DNA from: Antedon mediterranea
Taxonomy: Eukaryota > Animalia > Echinodermata
Reading direction: 5' to 3'
Assembly: GCF_964355755.1 (NCBI RefSeq)
Contig: NC_092671.1
Location: 4,402,001 to 4,466,000, forward strand
DNA: 64,000 nt
Below the pieces are notes generated by a model. It saw only the letters and a list, made by a program, of their open reading frames with translations. It searched no databases and was not told where the DNA came from. Each line of letters starts with the position of its first letter. Position 1 is the first letter of the stretch. This document shows positions 25,946 to 39,426 of this stretch, in pieces. The translations under genes and the position numbers were made by a program.

Positions 25946-26705
25946 TTATTATTTTTTATTCATTTTTATTTCAAGAAATATTATTCTTCACCACAAGTAG
26001 ACTCAATTGTTTTGTATTGCCATAAACAAAATTGTAGGAGGTATAATGAGAGAAGACCGTTAACTACGTGCTTGAGAGGACGATATTTCGATTAATCTAG
26101 AACATTTACAGGGGTTGGTATTTTGCAGTGTAAACACACGAAACCCGTCATTCCCGGGTTAATGAATCAAGTGTGAAATGGAAATTTATCCGGATACAAA
26201 ACGGGTTTGTTCTGAGCTAGGCGGTGTAAAAGGGGTATTAGTGACGGAATTATGGCACAGATGGAAATGTTGAACTGACATTTTCGCTTGTAAATATTCT
26301 TGTTGTAAAATAAATGAAAACATTGCGACATGCGTCCTTGACAATATTGGTGCAATAATTACTAAATATATATATCAAATAATCTTATTCTTCTACTTAT
26401 AGGCACATTTATGAATAATTTAAAACTTTTGACATATTCTAATTAAATATTACTAATAACGACTATACTAATGAAATCAACCAGAATTGTTTGAAAAAAG
26501 GCACGATTTTAGTAACTGTAACCACTTAACAAACACAATTCTTTAATTAAATATCTATATTACATTATATATCATATTACATAACTGTCCACAGTATTTT
26601 CCTAGTCTCCGGTCACCAGGAAGGTGTGTCTTTAATATTACCAATAATACATGAATCACTGTCCTGTCAGATAGGTAATCTTCCTGAAACAGGGACAAGT
26701 TCACC
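25945..26705. repeat. Duplicated GPCR downstream module (copies at about 36580-37560 and 39145-40170; related parts at 44480-44915)
   Basis: Long collinear matches, including a Harbinger-like MITE end (GCGGTGTAAAAGGGGTA). Confidence 0.85.
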
Positions 26706-27726
26706 GGGATATTTTCCTCCTGATTGTGCTATAGAAAACGTCAACAAATGCTTGTCTAAAAGTTTCATTTACTACATTATATATCAAAGGATTTACAGAA
26801 GAATTGAAATAACTTCCAAAGCGACAAACAGTCACTAGCCAATCTAAATCATTTCCAATATAATTTAAAATAATTAACATAATGATGACATTCAACGGTA
26901 TCAAGCAGAGAACATAAACTGTAACTGTCACAAAAACTGTCCAGAATATTTTCCTTTCAGATTTTGAACGTGGGTCCGTCTTGCAAGATTTTTTTACACC
27001 ATTTCGGGATTGTTTTAAAGAATAAATCATAAGAAAACATAAAGTTACAATAATCAGATTAAAGAGTATATTAAAAACAAATTGAAACATCCACAACGAT
27101 GTAATTACTTCAATGTAGGCTTGCTTTATATAACAGAAAGTTTCGCGATTTGATATGCCTCTATACATATCAGGCCAAGGACGAATGACGGATACTCGTT
27201 CGTAAATAATGAAAAATTGTACACAATTCCCCGACAAAAAAAATATCCATATAACTACACATATTTTTACAGATCTTGAAAGAGTACCAAATCTACTTCT
27301 TTGAAACCAATAAGGTCTACAAACTGCCATATAACGTTCAATGGAAAGCCAGAAAATCGTACAAATTGCTACATGCCATGCAACAATAGTAAAGTAAGCT
27401 ATCAAGTATTCAGACAGTTCACAATCTTTCCCAGGTACTTCAATCGTTTCGTATGCAGATATTAACTTAACTTTCCAAAAGGGTGCCATAATTAAAGATA
27501 TTGTATCAGTTATTGCCAAACTGGCTAGATACACGTAAACTGATTTGCGCAGTTTACTCACTATAACAATAAACGTCATTATGTTGCCCACAATTCCAAA
27601 AGCGACAACAACAGGAATGATATTGTAACGTAAAATCGTCTCCCAGTCACTAGGAAAGAACATATCTATGTAAGCATCGTATTGTTCAAATTCATCATCG
27701 GATGCATTGTCACCAGATAGTGACAT
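26701..27726 (-). CDS. Single-exon class A GPCR, paralogue C (341 aa, shortened C-tail)
   Basis: Same 7TM motifs; ends RRKISR instead of RTVSV. Confidence 0.93.
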   Translation of the reverse strand: MSLSGDNASDDEFEQYDAYIDMFFPSDWETILRYNIIPVVVAFGIVGNIMTFIVIVSKLRKSVYVYLASLAITDTISLIMAPFWKVKLISAYETIEVPGKDCELSEYLIAYFTIVAWHVAICTIFWLSIERYMAVCRPYWFQRSRFGTLSRSVKICVVIWIFFLSGNCVQFFIIYERVSVIRPWPDMYRGISNRETFCYIKQAYIEVITSLWMFQFVFNILFNLIIVTLCFLMIYSLKQSRNGVKKSCKTDPRSKSERKIFWTVFVTVTVYVLCLIPLNVIIMLIILNYIGNDLDWLVTVCRFGSYFNSSVNPLIYNVVNETFRQAFVDVFYSTIRRKISR

Positions 27727-27859
27727 GTTTTTTTTCAGAACTGTTTCTTGGTCTTATGTTCTGCTTCAAAATTTAAAATGATCGTTCCGAATAAAATAAA
27801 GTACATGGAGAAGTTTTTCTGCTTAATCTTTACAAAATATATTTCTATATCGATTTTAC

Positions 27860-28110
27860 TTGAAATAGCGTATCCATAACACAACATAGCAACGACTCAA
27901 CTTTAACAGAACAAATGTCTCTCGGTAATGGTGTGAAATGTGAACCCGTGTTTAATTTAATTGTTGCAATCAATCATGAAGTGCTAACAAACTGAGAATA
28001 ATACCTGATAAAATAACAGAGGGCGCTCTATTCAACTATTTGATGCGCTGACGTGTAATTCAGGTGGCCATGGTAATTATGTCACGGTATCAAAAAGGCA
28101 AAATACAGGT
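27860..28110. promoter_or_regulatory. Conserved upstream module (AGAGGGCGCTCT at 28018-28029)
   Basis: Homologous to 17810-18060. Confidence 0.5.
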
Positions 28111-29811
28111 ACTGATTTGTTATGATTTTTATTTGTTTTACCTTGTACATATACAAATTGCACAATAAGTGTTCTACAATATAGTTATTTTCTGTTTAAA
28201 AAATATTAAAATAAAATATATAATCATAACTATAAAGAAATGACATGTTATAATGATGCTTGGAAATAATAAGGTTAACGATGCAGTAGGCATATCGTCA
28301 TTGTGTTTTGCCTTTAAACCTTTACTTCTTTTGTAAGTGTAGTAAAGAAAAATATAAGAAAATTAATGAAAAAAGAAGGTAATATGAAATATTTTCTATA
28401 TTTGGACTAAACTATTTAGACTCACTCGCTTAGAAATGATCTGTTATCTTGTATGACTGAAGCAGAAACTATTTTTATTGAGATTAAGTTAAAATCAGGA
28501 AATAATGTTATTTGTGGTATAGTTTATAGACCACCCTCACGTTCCTTGCAAAAGTTTGATGATGAATTAACATGTGTAATGCAAATGATTAATCTAGAAA
28601 AAAAAAAGCTTACCTTGTGGAAGACTATAACATAAACTTACTCCAACAATCTACCGAAAACTCTATCCAATCACACTTAGACACAATATTTTCAGTCAAT
28701 CATAAAAATTCATACTAGAATATCCGATAATTGTGCTTCTGTAATTGATAACATTTATTGCAACATTGATTTACTACGTCACTTAAAAGTGGAATACTAA
28801 TTACTGATATTTCTGACCACTTCCCAATATTCTGTGTAGATACTTTGGAAAAACATAATAAGCAATATCCTTGATTTTTATATAAACGACAATACTCTCC
28901 TTAACAAACGGATTATTTTTTGCAATAATTACAAAGAAATCAGTGGAATGATGTGCTATTTTCAAATAATGCGAATTTTGCGAATCAAAGCAAACACTTA
29001 AAATAAAGCAATTGGTAATTGTTTCACGCACGAATTAGAAATAAGGCGAACAAGTTAAAATCTCCTTGGATCACGGCTGACATTTCCAACGCTATCTCTC
29101 AAAAATACAAATTATATAAAAAGATACAATCGATCATGATATATTATTAGATAAGTTAAGATTTGATGGTATAAGAGGAGTTCCGCTAAACTGGTTCTCA
29201 AACTATCTTAAAAAAAAAACTACAATACACATGTATTGTTACATACTGCGTCTAGTTCCTCAGGGATCCATATTGGGTCCATTATTATTTCTTATTTATT
29301 AATGATATTAGTCTAGCATGTAACCATGTAGACATGATTATGTATGCAGATGACACATATGTGCTTTATAGTCACAATGATATTAGTCAAGCTTTTGATA
29401 CAATGAACCAGGAGTTATCTATACTTTCGGACTGTTTTATTGCTAACAAACTAACGCTAAATGTAAACAAATCAAAATATTCTCACTAGAATTGAGGATG
29501 GGGAATGAATATATTGTAAAAGCTCTGATTTCTAGGCTTATTTCTGGACGAAACATTATCGTTTAATTTTCATGTAAATGAGGTAGCAAACAGTATTTCT
29601 AGAATAATTTGTGTCTTAAACAAAGTGAAGTCTATGTTATCAAGTAAAATCTTGTTAACGGATATACATTGCACTTATATACCTAGAATAACGTATGCTA
29701 TCACAGTATGGAGTGCCACTTCTGCTACAAATTTAAACCGTATACACATTCACTCCAGTTGAAAACCGACGGTTTTCCGACGGCATTATTATGTGCGACA
29801 TGTGGTATAGA

Positions 29812-30630
29812 TTTTTAGTCGCGTGGAAGCGACTCTATAGTTCACTATGTCGGTCGGTCGGTCTGTCTGTCTGTCTGTCTGTCGGTCTGTCTGTCGGTCT
29901 GTCTGTCTGTCTGTCTGTCGGTCCGGTATCACTATGCGTTTTATCGCTTTATGACCTTATCTTGATATCAGTTTAATCTAGCTAAGTCAATTTTTCACAG
30001 AATATTCCTTATGGCCAGGAATCGATGTGGTTATGTTTTCACGGTGCGCAATAAAAAATTACGCGGTCTACGCACGATTTAACGAAATCACGTTTGTAAT
30101 CATATCTTAACAACCATGAATCACAATTAAATAAAATTTGGTACTCATAAATTTCAGGGCATAAATCATCATATGGCAATACAATTACGTGCGTAGCGCA
30201 TGTAACGCATGCGTACGCGCGCTTAAAATTTTCAAAATTTATTTTCGATGAAATAAGAGTACGTTTCAGGCAATTTTAAGCGTTTACAAAATTGTCATGA
30301 GTGCGCAGATTTTTGCGCGCGCACTGCGCGTTAAATGTTATTGCGCACTCTTCTTGCCCGATTTCTGTTTTCTTGACTTACTTTTCAACTCGAAATTACG
30401 TTATACGAGCACGTCAAAAGTGACAGGCTACGCACGTGTAAATTAAAAAAATATAAATGTTTTTAAACATTTCAACATTTTTAAACATGTTCAGTAATTT
30501 CGGTCAGTATAGTTCACTATGTCGGTCGGTCCGTCTGTCTGTCGGTCTGTCTGTCTGTCGGTCTGTTTGTCTGTCGGTCCGGTATCACTATGCATTGTAG
30601 CACGCGACTTAATGGCTGTTGGCCTTGTTT
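29812..30630 (+). mobile_element. Helentron-associated non-autonomous element (HINE/DINE-1-like)
   Basis: Sub-terminal inverted repeat AGTCGCGTG ... CACGCGACT, (GTCY)n microsatellites, 3' stem-loop GGCTGTTGGCC, T-rich insertion site. Confidence 0.8.
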
Positions 30631-30647
30631 ACTTACGTAGGCCTACA

Positions 30648-31231
30648 TTTATTACCTCCGCCAAGGAGGTTATGTTTTCACCCCTGTATGTTTGTGTGTG
30701 TGTTTGTGTGTGTGTTTGTGAACAGCCTGGAGGCCACAGTTTTTATCCGATTCTAACCAAATTTGGACACAATGATCTATGGCCAAAAAGCTCGGACGAG
30801 TTCGAATTTGAGGGGGAAATGTCATAGGTCAAGGTCACAACTAACAAAAAACTATTTTACTGGCTAGAGACCACAGTTTTGATCCGATTCTCACCAAACT
30901 TAGCCACAATGATCAATGACACATCATATAATTGTGGTTAAATTTTGAAGGGTCAGGGTCAAAGATCAAGGTCCACAAAAAAAAAATAAATAAATAAAAA
31001 AATAATAAAAAAAAAAACCCCTCAGTGGGGCTTGAACCAGCGATCTCAACTGTGAGAGGCTGAATAACCATTACACCACACTGTCATCCACAACTTTGTA
31101 GTGTGCAGTTAACATATTTACACTTAGAACTAATAAAAAAAAATGTAAAAAAAAAAATATTCAGGTGGCATTTTATGTAGGGGAATTTTACAGTAGGCGG
31201 GGGTTTGTACTCTCGGAGTACCCTCTAGTTT
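30648..31231 (+). mobile_element. Second HINE family, carrying a tRNA-like remnant (about 31018-31080, minus strand)
   Basis: TTATTACCTCCGCCAAGGAGGT start, GT-rich microsatellite, GGCGGGGGT sub-TIR, stem-loop GTACTCTCGGAGTAC, CTAGTT end. Confidence 0.8.
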
Positions 31232-32227
31232 ATTAGAATATTTTTATGTGTTATGATATGGATTCTCCAGAAAAAAGCACTTAGAAATATTTGTCATGTT
31301 CATTTTATGCATCCTTCTCATCCCCTTTTTATTTAGACCCAAACATTGCATATGTTTGACCTTTATATTAAACACACTGCTATATTTATGTATCAATATA
31401 AACATAATCTATTACCTGAATAATTTAATAACATATTTAGTACATCTGCCTCGTTCCATAATTACTCAACTAGAAACAGGTCAAACTACTGTCCATAACT
31501 AAAACGTACCAAAGTCGGCCAACAATGTATCTTCTACAAAGGAACATACATTTGGAATAATTTAACAGATTATATAAAACAATTCCTCTAAGTTTTTTAA
31601 ACAGAGATTACAGCAACATTATAACAATAGAAATATTTAAGTTAAGTAAATCACATTATGTTATTTTGATTTGTTCTTTTTTGTTAGAGTTACATGCTTA
31701 TTTTGTATCCCATTCCATTATCATATTATTTGTATTGTATCTGTATATTTATTTATATTGATTATGGAATAAAAATGTTGATGAATTGAATTGATACAAA
31801 AAAGGTGAACCTTTTGAATTTACAAAATTTAAAATATTTCACTGATGAATTAAAACACATTAGAAAATAACATAAATGTGATAGTAATGAAAACAATACA
31901 AAAATGTTATGATGATGGCATGACTAAGATGATATTAATGTGAATAAAAATGGTGTTTATGCCACAAAAGAGAACAAAAAAACTATTTGTTGTTGTAAAT
32001 GTAATTCAGCCGGGCATCTACAAATCAACTAATCATCTATACTAAATTATTAGACACAATGGTAAAAAAAAAAATAGGTGTGAAATTACGTGATATAGGT
32101 TATTCTTATTTGTCTTCTTTTCTGAAACAGAAAGAGTCTGATGTCGACGATTTAATCGTATTTGCCTATAATATATAGCACCCTCTATATTTTTTTGATG
32201 AACTTGAATATTTTTGCAAGACATTAA

Positions 32228-35200
32228 GAGCCATTGTCTGTAAGAATCAAAGAAATATCAAAAAAAGTGGCAGACTCAAAAAAATTGATTTCTTTCAAAT
32301 TTTGCACATGGCTATATATGTGTTGAGAGAAATCAAATATGAAGTATTTTTTATTTCAAACGTATATTTCCATGGCAACGGCCAAATTTGTGTTTTTGAC
32401 AAATTTTGTCCTTTTTTAAGGTTTTTTAAAATGGATATTGGCACTACTTTGATGAGCGATATTTTTGTGTTGTTCATTTAATTATAAAAAATAATTAGTG
32501 TATGCATAATAACAATGCATTGTGTACCTGTTTCAAATTTTTTATTTTTTTTTATTTCATACTTTGGGAGATACCATTTATTTAAAAAGGGGTGTTTTTC
32601 ACTTTTTTTAAATTGTTCAATGCAACTAAACTTTACTTCACCATAACGCCCAAAGTGGTGTATTTTTTTAGCTGATTTATTACAAATAGGTAGTTCTAAT
32701 GTTTAATAATTGATTTCTAAAATAAAATACTGGGGTAAATTTAAAATCTACAAGCAGTGTTGCGAGAAACATAGGCATTTTTATATAAAAAAAAACATGG
32801 TATATTAGTAAAAACATTTTATTTTCTTTGATTATTTGATTTGAAACTCATTGGTCAGAAAAATTCTTAATGTTTTATATAGTTCTAGTTGTGTTGTGAG
32901 AAACAAAATTAATTTTTAATTATAGATTCTGTAATTCCCAGTTTTAATGTCATTTTATAGGTTATATCCTCTGGAAATTTGAATAAATTATCAGATCGTT
33001 GTGAATTTTAATCTTTGCAACAGATTACTCCTCTCTTATTTTGAAGCTCCTCTTTCATTTGTTTACTTCTTTTATTTGCTAACCTAAGCAGATCCCATAT
33101 GCCCATCCACCACCACTTTCGACTACCACCCCTCCCCACCCCCACCCCGACTATAACCACAAAAAGATAAACTGCAACACTTTGGTCGATCATCCAGTAT
33201 AGAGTGTCAAATGCATGCATTCAAGCACCACCCACACTGCCGCTACTATCGCCCCAATGAATAGACGGATTCAAACTCCTCCATCCAACCACCTCCCCCT
33301 TTTCTCCAAGCCCCCACCCACCCCAAGTTAAAAATTGCAATGCAAAAGATAGGACATAAAGTTAAGTTTTTAGACCCTCGCCTTCAACCACCTAACTATT
33401 TAAAAGTCCTGGATCCACCACTTTCCCCTCCCCAAAATAGAACCAATCAAAAGTCAATGATATACTCAGGTATGTTAATGCTACATAACAAATATTGAAG
33501 CCCTGATTTGAAATTTCATTTCATTTAAGGTCAGCATGTAAAATATCACACTTTATTATTAAATATTGGTTTTAAATTCTATATTTTTTTACTGTGATGG
33601 TTGGATTCAGTAATAATTATTAATTAATAATTATCTGATAATTATTTAATTTCCCTTAGTTATGCATAGCAACAGTTACTATGGTAACTAAAAATGAGAT
33701 ATTCTTTAGATTTTGCATATTTATCTCATACAAATTTAAATTTGTAGATTATTAGCAGGCATGCCTTATTTGCATTTTCAAATTACCGTTTCACAAGGTC
33801 ATATTCGTAAGCACTTTCTTCTGTGATTATTTTTATTCATGAAAACCCCATATTTTATTTACAGCGGCCACCTCCCTTAACGGACGCACTTTGAAAAGCC
33901 TGTTTGTTCTTCCTATCTAATTAGTGCATTTGGTGCTTACCGTAAGCAGCTGCGAGCACCTTTTTATACTAAAAGTGAGATTTTTTGTAAGCGGCCAATC
34001 GAAAAATGTGATACTTATTGCATGGACCTATGAATTAGAGGTGCATGTTTATTGTATTTCTTTATATATTAGCTTTATTTTGAAGAGGTTTTAAAAACAT
34101 TACTGTGAAGAGATGAGAAAACTACACAGATTTTGACCGACCATTTTTCATATGATAAAAGTTTTTAAAATTTGTCTGAAAATGCTAAAAAATACTAAAC
34201 CACCTGATTATAAATAATAATATGCCTACAATTAGCTGGAAAATTGAGAGGCTCGTTTCGTTAAGAATATCGTATATAGCCATAATAAGTGATTTTGGCC
34301 CTTTATCGGCAGAACCTCCCGTAAGGGGTCACCGCCCGTAAGCGGCCACTTTTCCAGGTCCCGAGGGTGGCCACTTACGGGAGGTTCAACTGTATTTAAC
34401 AAAACAATTATCCTTAGTTACGCATAGAAACAGGTTCTAAGATAACATAAATAATACATTTTGACATAACTTGACCCAAAAATTTTTTTTCACAAGGTCA
34501 GACATTTTCTGGGATTCAGTAGATAAGTAAATTTGGGAAAAGGTAGTAAAGCTATGTAATCAATTGTTTGTAGTCATGAAACCCCATATTAAAAATATTG
34601 TACTTAGTTACGTATAGAAACAGTTGCTACAATACACTATAGGTAAAATGTTGATGTCATTTGACCTCAATATGTAAAATTTTTATTTTTTCATGAAACT
34701 CCATATTTAATTTTTTTTTTAAATATCATTTGTTACGTAAACAGGTTTAAGATAACACTAAAGGTCATTTTTTTAACCTTTATTCAGATTCGTCAAGACT
34801 TTCTTTCTGAGATTATTAGGATTCAGTATTTAAAGTAAATTTGGCAAAAAGTAGAAATGTAAAACTATGTAGAAAAAATGTTTTTTATTTATGAAAAACC
34901 CCTTATTTTTTTTAAATTTTCGCATAGAAACAGTTACTATGGTAAAATGTGACCTCAAAATGAATGAATTTACAAGGTCAAGTTTGTCATTAATGGAATG
35001 CAGTAGAAGTAAAATTGAGAAACATGTACAAATGCAATCAATTCTTTGTATTTATAAAAACGCCATTTTTTACGTTTTTTAAAAATTACTTTCCTTAGTT
35101 ACACATAGAAATGGTTGCTAAGGTAACACTATAGGTAAAATATGAAAATTGTTGAGAATTGTTATGAACTATCTTGTAAATTTTGATCAAACATTAATAG

Positions 35201-36129
35201 TTGTAGTAAAGTGGGGACCTGTCCTGTTTTGCAATCTGACCCCTTTTGACCTCAAATGACCTATTTACAAGGTCAGATTTTTTGGGAGGTCTTTCTGTAT
35301 CTCTTTACACAAAATAGATTTAAAAATTTATAAAAACCATTGACTCAATTATTTCCAAGTTTAACATTATTTTCCATCAACTAAATATTTCAATGCAAAA
35401 TACTGTTTTTCTGGCAATTAATTGAAATAAACCTGGCAACACATTCTCCTATTTTATCTAAACTATTCGTATGACTCTAGTAGCAATATGACAAGCCATA
35501 TATACATTTTATTATTGGATTAGCCATATTTAAATTGTGTTTCATGTGTTTTGTTTGTTGATATTTTGTTATATTTTTTGCATTTTTTGTATTTTCCTGG
35601 CAACACAAAACCTATGTACGAAATTTACCCCAGTGTTTTTTTCGTGATTATTGTTGAAAAACCTATTGACTATCAAATTAAAAAACCTCATTGATTTAAA
35701 AACACCACTTTGGAAGTTATAGGTACATTTATGAGGTATACTTTTATAAAAAAAATATTTTTTAAAAAACACCCCTTTTTAAAATAATGGTATCAACCAA
35801 ACTCCATTTTGTAATTTATTTTTTTTCTACATTAAATGGAACTCAATACATGTTGTTTACACTGCTATAAACAAAAACCGTATAATGTAAGTATTTTTGG
35901 TTAAAATAAGTATACAAGTTTGTACTTTTTCACTATAGAAAATCTGTGAAAAATGGCAAAAACAACAAAATTTGGATAATTGACCGTTGTCATGGCAACG
36001 GAGGCTAAAAATTAAAATGAATGTTGTAGATATGCTTTTTATTGAAAGGTCTATTCATGGTAAAAATTTGAGAGAAATCCATTTTGTTACATCTGCCACC
36101 AAATCTTTGATTTTTACAGACAATGGCTC
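32228..36129. mobile_element. 3.9-kb non-autonomous DNA transposon with TTAA TSD (Kolobok-like)
   Basis: TTAA|GAGCCATTGTCTGTAAGAATCAAAGA ... TCTTTGATTTTTACAGACAATGGCTC|TTAA; no transposase ORF. Confidence 0.85.
33862..34392. mobile_element. Tc1/mariner (pogo-like) MITE nested in the TTAA element
   Basis: TA|CAG(C)GGCCACCTCCC ... GGGAGGTTCAACTG|TA; the left TIR appears partly deleted. Confidence 0.65.
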
Positions 36130-37960
36130 TTAAACATTTTTTTCCAGCAAAAAAAACGGCCCTCTATAGTTGTATTATCGTCTTGAAAATCATGCGCCCT
36201 CTATAAGTATATTATATATTGCAAAGATCTTATATACTATAGTATATAAGATCTTTGTATATAGTATAGTATATAATATAATAATATTTCTATCTTGGAA
36301 AGTTGTTTTGAGTAGCATCATGGCGGTAATTTCGAAAGTAACAAATTTTACCCGCCCCAATAGGGCAACATCGTGTTTATCACAACACGCAAAACAAAAT
36401 AGTTTTTGTAGTATAGTGAAAATGTCATTATTTTCACGATTTTGTCCCAAAACTTTTATTTGTGCATACTTTTTATATTTTATGCGTATCTTCATCAATA
36501 TCCAGTTTGAAAAACGTATTCAATAAGAATTTCTTATAGAAAATATAGTTTTTATCATTGATTCGATAAAAAAACACGAATTGCCATAAAAAAAATTGTA
36601 GGAGGTATAGAGAAGACCGTTAACGAGGGCGCCACTTAGTGCGTGAGAGGGCGATATTTCGATTAATCTAGAACATTTACAGGGGTTTGTATTTTGCATG
36701 CAGTGTAAATACACGAAACCCGTGTCATTCCCGGGTCAATGATGAATCATGTGTGAAAAGAAAATTTATCCGGATACGACACGGGTTTGTTCTAAGCTAG
36801 GCGATGTAAAAGGGGTATTAGTACGGAATTATGGCACAGATGGAAACGTTGAACTGACATTTTGTGCTTGAATATATTCTTGTTGTGAAATAAATAAAAA
36901 AAATGCGACATGCGTCCTTGACACTATTGATTAGTGAAATAATAATATACATCAGATAATTTATCTTCACTTCTATTAATAGGCACATTTATGAATAATT
37001 CAACACATTTGACACACTTTAATTAAAACTTGCTAATAACGACTCTACTAATGTTGAAAGAATCGAAAACAACCAGCTTATTTGGAAAACAGCACGATTT
37101 TAGTAACTGTAACAACTGGATTATAATAAACAAAATTCTTTAATTAAATGTCTATACTACATTATCAAACAATTTACAGATGAATTTAGATATGTTTCAA
37201 ATCGTAGGCTTCATGCCGAAAATATAAATAATGACTGTCACAAAAACTGTCCACCGTATGTTTCTAGTCTCTGGTCACCAGGAAGGTGTGTCTTTAAGAT
37301 TATTAATAATATATGAATCACTGTCCTTTCAGATAGGTAGTAATCTTCCTGAAAAGGGACAAGTTCAACGGGGTATCTCCTACTCGTCTCGAACGATAAA
37401 ATGCGTTCTTTAAAATGTATACTGGACCTACGGTTCATAATCCTTATCCGAGAAGACTTGTTCCACAACCATGACTGGAGCGAGTCGGCCTCGCGATATG
37501 CCGATATAGATGGATCATTAGGTCCTTGTCATTTTGACAAGCAATCTAACAACAGGACACTTAACGTGTTTCTATACGTTTTTCGATGTCAATATTTTGT
37601 TGCTCCACCTATCAAACGCTAATGGTCAACCGGGTACTGGAGTCAACACATGTTGCTCCAGGTAGACTATGTAGATAGTTTCTATACGTTCTGGGTGTCA
37701 ACATATTATGTTGCACCATCATGCTTCATTGTTTCAATTTCACCTGAATGGCTTGTCATCGGTTCTACCTGCACGTAATTTGGGCTGCTTCGTTTGCCCC
37801 TTCGTTGCCAACTGTGTTGGCCCTTTCAGAGCATCCTAATGTTCCTTTTTATGTTCTCCTTTTACGTGCATGTTGCAACGATGACTTGCCATTCATATTA
37901 AATAACTTTACAACCAATACTTGTTTCCTTGTATTTGTTTATCGGGCTCACATGTGTCAA

Positions 37961-38437
37961 AAGCACTTTCTTATCAGTGGGGGGATAGTTCAAATTACAC
38001 AGTAAAATCTCTATTCTTTTGTACACAAATGTTGTAAATAGAGAGGTATTTTAAAAAACTATAAAAAATAAACGGTGTGGTAAAAAATTTCATCAGATGA
38101 CTAAATATAGGTAATATAACTTGAATTTTACATTTCTTGTATTTTTATTCAACTTCAGATTTTGATTTTCATGCTATAGCAAAAATTATCCACCGTATAT
38201 CCACCATCTTTTTTCACCTACTAGAGAGTCACCAGACATGTTATTACATTATATTAAACTACCTAACTACTGAAAAAAAAGTCTTTCTGGTTTTTATGGC
38301 AGAATTTTGCCAAATTTTGTATTTGACCATATTAAGGGAAATTCATGTTTTTTCGTCTTGATTTTTGTTACAAATATTTGATTTATGTACAATTAACCAG
38401 ATATTATATTTAAAATTCATGCCTGTACCTCTGAGCT
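37961..38437. mobile_element. Truncated copy of the MITE at 18192-18760
   Basis: Collinear with 18313-18760; ends GAGCT|TTAA. Confidence 0.8.
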
Positions 38438-38857
38438 TTAAATAGTATATAACAACTTCATCTGGTAGACTCATCGTCGTCATTACTTGTATCATTATCA
38501 TCTAACAAGTCATTTTTTGTGCACGCAGAATATAAATAGAACACAATGCATCAACTAAATTACTCGTTCAACAATCAATAGGCTTAATGGTAGGACCATT
38601 CTTCATTAAGTTTATTATATAATGGATTATTATTACCGTTTTTCCATATTTATTTCATATTATCAGAAATAATACTGTAATTATACGATTAAATGTTGAA
38701 AAGGTTTAATATAATGGATGATCAATCAATAAACAATGTAACAAATCACCACATTGTACTCTCAGTTGTGCTATAATTAATTTTTAAAAGAATCGAGAGC
38801 GGTTGAAAGTTTGGAAAAACGTTATTCCAAAAAGAGGAGGATTCAAAGAAGTTCTGT

Positions 38858-39426
38858 GACTCTTTTTACACCGCGAGCAAAAATGCGGATCAGGAATTAT
38901 GTAACCAGAGTTGTGCCCGTGACGTAGAAATGCGGAAATGTAGGCCAGTGTAAACAACGTAAAAGGTTACACCAGGGTCGCGTAACCACTAGAGTAAGTG
39001 ATGCGGAATGTATTCAGCGTCAAGTGAATCCGGGACGAACCCGTTTGTTGCTATCCTCGCTCACAACACGGTAGTATTTAATTTACATACAATTAAGTAA
39101 AGACTGATTTTTTGTATTCGCTTATTTAATAAATACAACGTAAGGTTATTTTTTATTCATTTTTATTTAAAGAAATATTATTCTTCACCGCAAGTAGACT
39201 CAATTGTTTTGTATTGCCATAAATAAAAATGTAGGAGGTATAATGAAAAAAGATCGTGCCTCTTCGTGCGTGTGAGGGCGACATTTCGATTAATCTAGAA
39301 CATTTACACGGGTTGGTATTTTGCACTGTAAATACACAAAACCCGTGTTAATGAATCAGGTGTGAAATTGAAATTTATCCAGACACGACACGGGTTTGTT
39401 CTAAGCTAGGCGGTGTAAAAGGGGTA
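38858..39426. mobile_element. PIF/Harbinger-like MITE
   Basis: CTCTTTTTACACCGC ... GCGGTGTAAAAGGGG followed by TATTA. Confidence 0.6.

Larger units (their letters stand above)
28392..31795 (+). mobile_element. Degenerate CR1-group LINE (APE and RT remnants) interrupted by two HINEs
   Basis: GIVYRPP, ISDHFP, PQGSILGPLLFL, YADDT remnants; (ATTGA)n tail. The flanks rejoin as in the paralogue at 18941-19005. Confidence 0.85.

Noticed and set aside
29756-29783. Imperfect hairpin GAAAACCGACGGTTTTC
   Set aside because: Degenerate arms and ambiguous flanking repeat.
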